Below are positions 1 to 5,300 of a stretch of DNA of 6,930 nucleotides, piece after piece; positions within the stretch are counted from its first letter, which is position 1; each line of letters begins with the position of its first letter. The position numbers and the translations under genes are program-made. Below the pieces are notes generated by a model. That model worked only from the letters and a program-made list of their open reading frames with translations, made no database searches and was not told where the DNA came from. Origin of the DNA: an archaeon (GTDB lineage Archaea; Iainarchaeota; Iainarchaeia; Iainarchaeales; CSSED10-239); the NCBI GenBank assembly GCA_037147375.1, contig JBAWVI010000051.1, positions 1-6,930 on the forward strand. Reading direction: 5' to 3'.

Positions 1-71
1 CAAACAAGTTGTTCAAAAGAAAAGAAAACCAGCTTTAATAATAAAAATTTTTCTGAAGAACAAAAAGATAC

Positions 72-81
72 ATAAATTTGA
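72..81 (+). promoter_or_regulatory. ATAAATTTGA motif 7 nt upstream of the ATG at 89 (copy 1 of 2)
   Basis: An exact 10-mer is shared with the minus-strand copy at 1629..1638. Both copies sit immediately 5' of a start codon and neither gene has a Shine-Dalgarno sequence. The extended alignment is ATAAATTTGAaTAaTAT-ATG versus ATAAATTTGAtTAtT-ATG. Confidence 0.3.
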
Positions 82-88
82 ATAATAT

Positions 89-130
89 ATGCTGAACATA
101 CTTGAAGTTATAAATAATAGGAAAAAAGGG
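89..130 (+). other. Predicted class III (prepilin-type) signal peptide; cleavage predicted between G14 (128..130) and Q15 (131..133)
   Basis: R11-K12-K13-G14 is followed by Q15, then the AAITDALFFLTIIVTLSVLLF helix. The assignment rests on the motif alone and no peptidase gene is visible in this window. Confidence 0.5.
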
Positions 131-919
131 CAAGCAGCAATTACTGATGCACTATTCTTTCTAACTATAATTGTAACTTTATCTGTACTATTGTTTAAAT
201 TTTCATCAACCTATGGAGATAGAATTGATCTTGCAACCTCAAACCTTTATTTTAAAGAATATTCAAATTCTGCAATGAAAACTATATTTTATTCAGAAGT
301 TCCACTTGATTATTCTCTTGATGTTGATAATGCAAGCGAGGTTGATTATTTAATGACTTCAATTAAAGCTGATTACTTTAAAGATGGAGTAATTGGAAAA
401 AAACCAGTTGGAGGAAATGATCATCAATATATTAATGAAATATCAGGAGAAGATAGTGATATTGCAAAATATAATCTCTACCACACAATTAAAGCAGTAA
501 TGTATCCTCTTCCAAATTATGATTATATTTTTTATTTATATTATATAGATCGTGAAAGATTTGAATTTGTTTTAATTAAGGTTACTAATTTTGGGGATCC
601 TAATCCATCAGAAAGTGTAAATTACCAAGTAACCTATGATCCAAAAAGTATGAAATCAGAATATTATTTATGTAACCCAATCAATTATTCAGTGGTTAGA
701 AATTTAGTTGCAAAAGTAAATAGAGTATATGCTTCATCAATACCTTTACAGTTTGTTGTAAATAATCAAGATAACCAAATTAATAATACATTTGCAACAT
801 GGGCAGCAACAACAGCAATTAAAGAAAGTGATTTAACAAATTCAGAAACCATGAATTGTAAACTAATTGATGATAAAACAATTGCAGAATATGTGACTAC
901 CAATATTTCAATGGATTAA
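89..919 (+). CDS. Type IV pilin-like protein with archaeal class III signal peptide (276 aa); globular part of unknown function
   Basis: ATG-to-TAA ORF from the track. The N-terminus MLNILEVINNRKKG|QAAITDALFFLTIIVTLSVLLF has a short charged n-region, K-K-G at -3..-1 and Q at +1. A hydrophobic helix of about 22 aa follows. This is the pattern cleaved by archaeal prepilin/preflagellin peptidases (PibD/FlaK/EppA class). Codon usage (AGA, GGA, A/T third positions) matches the neighbouring genes. The rest of the protein matches no family I recognise. Confidence 0.7.
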   Translation: MLNILEVINNRKKGQAAITDALFFLTIIVTLSVLLFKFSSTYGDRIDLATSNLYFKEYSNSAMKTIFYSEVPLDYSLDVDNASEVDYLMTSIKADYFKDGVIGKKPVGGNDHQYINEISGEDSDIAKYNLYHTIKAVMYPLPNYDYIFYLYYIDRERFEFVLIKVTNFGDPNPSESVNYQVTYDPKSMKSEYYLCNPINYSVVRNLVAKVNRVYASSIPLQFVVNNQDNQINNTFATWAATTAIKESDLTNSETMNCKLIDDKTIAEYVTTNISMD

Positions 920-936
920 TTGATAAATATTATGAT

Positions 937-1623
937 TTAAAATTTCAATCCTAAATCATCATCTGAATCTTCATCATCAGATAAATCTAAATCATCTTCT
1001 TGAAGTAGTTTTGAAACATCATTCTTCTTAACTGGCTTTTCTTGTTCTTTTGTTTTCTTAGATGTTTCTTTAGATTTAATTGGTTGTTCCTTTTCTTTAT
1101 CTTTTTCTTTCTTGATATTTTCTAAAACAACCTTTTCTTTTGCTTTGTTTAGTTCTTCTGTTTTATTTTCATTTTCTATTTGAACATATAAATCATCAAC
1201 AACAAGCTTTAACTTATCTCTATCAATTGAACTATCAAATCCTTCATCAGATTCTTTATCTGTGCTTGTGTTTGTTGTTACTGTTCCTGTACTTGCTCTA
1301 TAATGCTTTGTAACAACATTTTTAACAACCTTTTTTTCAACATCAATATTATTTTCTTTTAATTGTTCATAAATTGCATCTGCAATACTATCCATATCTG
1401 GATTAATAACTTCAGACATATTATCAAGAACTTTATTCATAAGTTCTTTCTTATCAAGAGAAATATTTGTTGGAACTACTTTTTCAACCTTTATTTTATC
1501 AGGCTTAACATCTGAATAATCTTCAGAAATATCATCAACTGGGCTTGTGCTATACACTATTTCCCCATCAACAACCTTTCTATAATGTCTTTTTTCTCTT
1601 CTATTTAATGTATTTGCATCCAT
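937..1623 (-). CDS. Highly charged hypothetical protein (228 aa from ATG at 1623): basic N-terminus, K/E-rich low-complexity region, poly-acidic C-terminal tail
   Basis: The track ORF 937..1677 starts at a TTG (plus-strand caa at 1675..1677). The first ATG is plus-strand cat at 1621..1623, giving MDANTLNRREKRHYRK.... The 18 extra codons lie in TATA-like AT-rich sequence and would leave only 41 nt for two divergent promoters. The stop TAA is plus-strand tta at 937..939. I recognise no family. Confidence 0.7.
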   Translation of the reverse strand: MDANTLNRREKRHYRKVVDGEIVYSTSPVDDISEDYSDVKPDKIKVEKVVPTNISLDKKELMNKVLDNMSEVINPDMDSIADAIYEQLKENNIDVEKKVVKNVVTKHYRASTGTVTTNTSTDKESDEGFDSSIDRDKLKLVVDDLYVQIENENKTEELNKAKEKVVLENIKKEKDKEKEQPIKSKETSKKTKEQEKPVKKNDVSKLLQEDDLDLSDDEDSDDDLGLKF

Positions 1624-1718
1624 AATAATCAAATTTATTATATAAAAGGTATATAATAATCCTTTTAAATGTTTCAATTATAAATATAATATATATTTTA
1701 AGGAAAAACTGATATAAA
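1624..1718. promoter_or_regulatory. Divergent AT-rich intergenic region, presumed to hold promoters for the minus-strand gene (start 1623) and the plus-strand membrane-protein/giant-ORF pair (start 1719)
   Basis: This 95-nt spacer sits between divergent start codons. It has several TATA-box-like runs: minus-strand ttattatata and ttttatataa, and plus-strand ttataaatataatatatatttt at about 1678..1700. TATA-like strings are common in DNA this AT-rich, so exact elements cannot be assigned. Confidence 0.4.
1629..1638 (-). promoter_or_regulatory. ATAAATTTGA motif 5 nt upstream of the ATG at 1623 on the minus strand (copy 2 of 2)
   Basis: Plus-strand tcaaatttat is the reverse complement of ATAAATTTGA. 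It occupies the same position relative to the start codon as the copy at 72..81. This also supports 1623 as the real start. Confidence 0.3.
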
Positions 1719-2237
1719 ATGATTGATACTATTTTAAACTACGTTTGGTTTGTTTTTAAGTTATTGGCTTTATGTATTATTTTATCAATACCAATACTTA
1801 TTATAACCTATATATTTAAGGGTTGGTTTGAAAGATCAAAGAAAAGTTTTCTGTTTAAATTGTTTGCAATCACATATTTAATTTCTTTAATAGGGATTTG
1901 CTTACTATATTTTATCCCAACCTTTCAAATAGGCCTAGGAGATGGATACACTTTTTGGAATTATGTTGTATTTATTTTATTACATATTCTTTGGTTTATA
2001 TTTATTAATATCTTAATTACTGGTGTCTTAATCGTATTTGGTTTACTTGCAAAAGGAATATATGATTCTTTTTTAAAGACAAATAAAAATGATAAAAAGA
2101 AGCCAAAAGTAAACGAAGGCATAAATATCAAATATTTATGGATTAGTTTAATTATTACTTGGGTAATTATATTCGTTGTTTACATTATATTCCCAAAATT
2201 AATTGCAATGTTATTATACTTAATTTATTTATCTTAA
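1719..2237 (+). CDS. Small polytopic integral membrane protein (172 aa, about 4-5 TM helices), unknown function
   Basis: ATG-to-TAA ORF from the track. Long hydrophobic stretches (ILNYVWFVFKLLALCIILSIPILIITYIF, FLFKLFAITYLISLIGICLLYFIPTF, FWNYVVFILLHILWFIFINILITGVLIVFGLLA, YLWISLIITWVIIFVVYIIFPKLIAMLLYLIYL) are separated by K-rich loops (KGWFERSKKS, KTNKNDKKKPK). It ends 25 nt before the giant ORF on the same strand, so the two are probably co-transcribed. Confidence 0.85.
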   Translation: MIDTILNYVWFVFKLLALCIILSIPILIITYIFKGWFERSKKSFLFKLFAITYLISLIGICLLYFIPTFQIGLGDGYTFWNYVVFILLHILWFIFINILITGVLIVFGLLAKGIYDSFLKTNKNDKKKPKVNEGINIKYLWISLIITWVIIFVVYIIFPKLIAMLLYLIYLS

Positions 2238-2262
2238 ATATAGAATGGATGATGATTAGAAA

Positions 2263-2334
2263 ATGAAAGACTTTGATATCAATAAAATAGTAACTGTAAT
2301 ATTCCTTTTATTATTTTCAACAAGTGTGTTTGCA
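2263..2334 (+). other. Predicted Sec-type signal peptide (24 aa) of the giant ORF, or alternatively an uncleaved N-terminal signal anchor
   Basis: A short polar n-region (MKDFDINK) precedes a 16-residue hydrophobic core (IVTVIFLLLFSTSVFA). The core ends in a small-residue V-F-A motif before Y25. Confidence 0.6.
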
Positions 2335-5300
2335 TATAATGTTGATTATGATAGACTTAATACAGGAAAAACAAGTACAGTAACTGATAATGAAAAAACA
2401 ATCTTTTTTGCTGATGCTACAACTCCAACTAGCACAATTGCAGAAGATGAACTTGATGATTTTGGAGCAGGATGTTATACTGAAACTCTTCCAAAAGAAA
2501 GTGTTGAGAAAATATGGAATGATATCTTAGTTAAAGGTTTTAGGATTGATAAACTCTCATCAAACATAGAAGCTGATAAAGACAGAGATACTCTTGATAA
2601 AAATCAAGTTTTATTAACTGATGTATCAACTAAAGGTGGAGACGTTGTTGTTAAAAGAGATATGCCTTCACAAATCATGGAACCTCTTGAAACTCCTGGT
2701 ATCCTTGGAGAAGTTTGTTCAGGACCTTATTCATATTCTATTAATTTAACATCAACCTTAAGAGTTGGAAGATGTGCTGATGGAAACACAGCTTGTTATC
2801 TTGCAAGCGATGGTTTATTTAGACAAAATGGAAACCAAGGTTTCTTTAAAGAAATTACAACTGTTGGGCAAGACATGCTTGACATGATTGGTGTTAACAA
2901 AGTTAAAGAGTTTGCAGGAGAAGTTGTAAACTCAGATCTTAATTATGAAACAAATATTGATTTAGGAATGTTTTCTGAAATGTCTGCAGAAGAACTTGCA
3001 GACTTTAAACAAACTCAATTAGTAGATGCAAATAGAACTGAAATAAATATTGAAAAAATGAATCTTGTAATGGATAAAGCAATTAAGAATAGTTACAAGA
3101 CAGATACTTTTAATGCAAGCATGGAAACAACATGCTCTGGAGAAAATTGTTATATAAATGTTTATTCTTTATTTGATAAAGTATTTAATCAATATTTCTC
3201 TGCAGATTTAGTTATTTCCTCTGCATCTCCTCTCTTATGGAAAGCAGCAAGTGGAATATTTGGTGGAGGAACAGGAATCTTAAGAAAATACACAGGAATA
3301 GATAATATTAGTAAAAAAATTGCTGGTAAAGGTAAAGTTTTCAGTCAAGGAGGATTTGTGGATAATCTTCTAAATAATAGAAATAATCCTTTAAGAGCAA
3401 TAAGTAATGCAACTGAACTTAAAACAGCATTAAGAGATATTGATTCATATTCAAGATTACTTGCTGAAAAACAAACAAAAAATCTTAAAAGATTACAAAG
3501 ATATGAGCTTGAACCTGTAATGAATGATTACGTAAAGGTCCTAAAAGATAAAGGACAAATTGATAATTTAAAGAAAGAATTTTTTGAAGGAGGAAAGTTT
3601 GCTAAACTAAGTAAACCACAAAAAAGAATATTCTATGAAATTGCTCAAGATTATCAAGATCAAATTAAAATAACAAGAGCAGTTGTTGCAAGTCTTCAAG
3701 CTGATCCATTATATAAAAGTGGATACGGAAAAGCAAGAGCAGCACTTCTTGAAATTTCAACAGACCCTGCAGGTGGACCAACAAAGAATATGACAGATTT
3801 TTATAGTAGGTTAACAAAAGCAGAATATAAAGCACTTGAAGATAATACAAAACAAATAAATACACTTTCAAAAAATTGGGAAAGCTATACAAATGATCAA
3901 ATAGCTTGGAAAGAAGGACAAGATAAACTAAAATCAATAACTGAAAGAAGATTTTATATACAAGAACCAAATCCAAATACTGGAGTTCTTGAAAATAAAG
4001 AATATTTAGTAAATAAGGTTAAACCAACAACTCAAGGTAATCCAATTAAAATTACTGATTTCCCTGGTGGAGCAAAGGACGCATTTATTCCTGCAGGTGC
4101 TGGTAAAGGAACAGCTCTTGATTCAAAGAATATATTTTCAACACAAGATGTAACTGTTAATTTTGCAGATGGACCAATGACTATTAAAAAAATGGTTCCA
4201 TACATGGAGCAAGCTGATACTGTAAGAGGTGGAGCATTCGGTCACGATCAATTACAAGCATTTAAATCAATGCCAGATATTTATATTGAATACAGACAAA
4301 TTAACACTGGAGTAATGAAGAAAGTTAGAGCAACAGATCTTGTTGAATCAGATATGGATCCAGCTTATAGTTTATATAATTGGTATCCAGTTAAACTAAA
4401 ACCAGCTGATGTTGTAAAATATGGTTATGATCCTGTTGAACTTGGAACTGATTTTACAGTAACAGCAGATTTACGTTTTGGAGATATGGAAATTGTTTCT
4501 GGAAAAGCAACTGAACTTATGCAAAATCAAGGATGGGTTACTGGAAAAGGAATTAACTATATTAATCAAAAAATGAAAGCAATGGATGTAACTAATTTTA
4601 AGAAAAGCCCACTTAACATACTTGCAAATCCACTTAAAGCATATGCATACAATGTTGGTTATTGGCAATTAAAATCTGGCATTACTCATAACCCATTAGG
4701 ACTTGATATGTTCTCAGAGTATTCTATGTATAGAATACCAGACACATACACTGCAGTTATTATACAACCAGGAGAAACAGGAGACGTTTACAAAGATGCA
4801 TATATTGATTTCTTTGCAAATGATGGTTCTGATCAAGGAGATTTATTTGAACAATATTTTAATTCAATGCTATTCTGGATAGTTGCAATTGCAAAAGAAG
4901 GATTATACAATTGGGATGTAGGTGCTGCTGAAAGTGTAAGCAATTGGATAAAATCATTTACTGAAAACCAAATCAGAAGAAGTTCAGTTGATGATATTGT
5001 ACTATTAACTGATGCAGAAAATGGTGGATGTACAAGTGCATGTACTGTTAAAATTGGAGATGGAACTCTTCTTGAAAAAAGAACACTTGATAGTTCTATG
5101 CTTCTTGATGCAAATACATCTAGAGTTGATGATAATTTTATTTCAAATAATCCAGTAAATGTACCTACTATTGAAAAACTAAATATAGTTATGTCTGTTC
5201 CAAATGGAGTTAAGACACCTAACTATGTTCTTGAGAACACAAGTTCTAAGAATCTTAAAGATGAAGGACAAACATTAATTACTTTCTCTCATCATACAAA

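Noticed and set aside
72-81. Giant-virus interpretation: AT-rich genome, tight gene packing, and an AAATTTGA motif resembling the Mimiviridae AAAATTGA early promoter
   Set aside because: The motif is not identical and sits only 5-7 nt from the ATG. The KKG|Q class III signal peptide is an archaeal hallmark, and no viral hallmark genes are present. A cellular archaeal origin fits better, but this cannot be excluded without database searches.
1-85. Possible 3' end of an upstream plus-strand gene. Frame 1 is open to a TAA at 73..75 and frame 2 is open to a TAA at 83..85.
   Set aside because: Two frames are open for only 24-27 codons, which can happen by chance even in AT-rich DNA. I cannot tell which frame, if either, is coding. 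An upstream gene is plausible but not supported by this window alone.
920-936. 17-nt gap between the convergent stop codons (919 and 937), examined for a bidirectional terminator hairpin
   Set aside because: It is too short and no stem-loop is apparent. Only short T/A runs are present. Termination signals, if any, must lie inside the opposing genes.
2245-2259. Mini-ORF atg gat gat gat tag in the 25-nt spacer before the giant ORF, a possible leader peptide
   Set aside because: It has four codons, no supporting structure or attenuator-like repeats, and is in frame by chance. It more likely just overlaps a weak GGTGAT-like ribosome-binding element (gatgat, 2251..2256).
3665-3976. Track ORF on the minus strand, 103 aa, very Leu/Phe/Tyr-rich
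   Set aside because: It lies entirely antisense to the giant +1 ORF, in its K/E/Q-rich stretch. Its Leu-rich low-complexity composition is the expected mirror of that coding strand. It has no independent start context.
4093-4113. Walker-A-like string AGAGKGT in the giant protein
   Set aside because: The sequence is G-K-G-T rather than G-K-[ST], it lies in a secreted protein, and no Walker B context is evident. It is not a P-loop.
4471-4668. Track ORF on the minus strand, 65 aa
   Set aside because: It is an antisense shadow ORF inside the giant CDS. It is short, has an odd composition and has no upstream signals.
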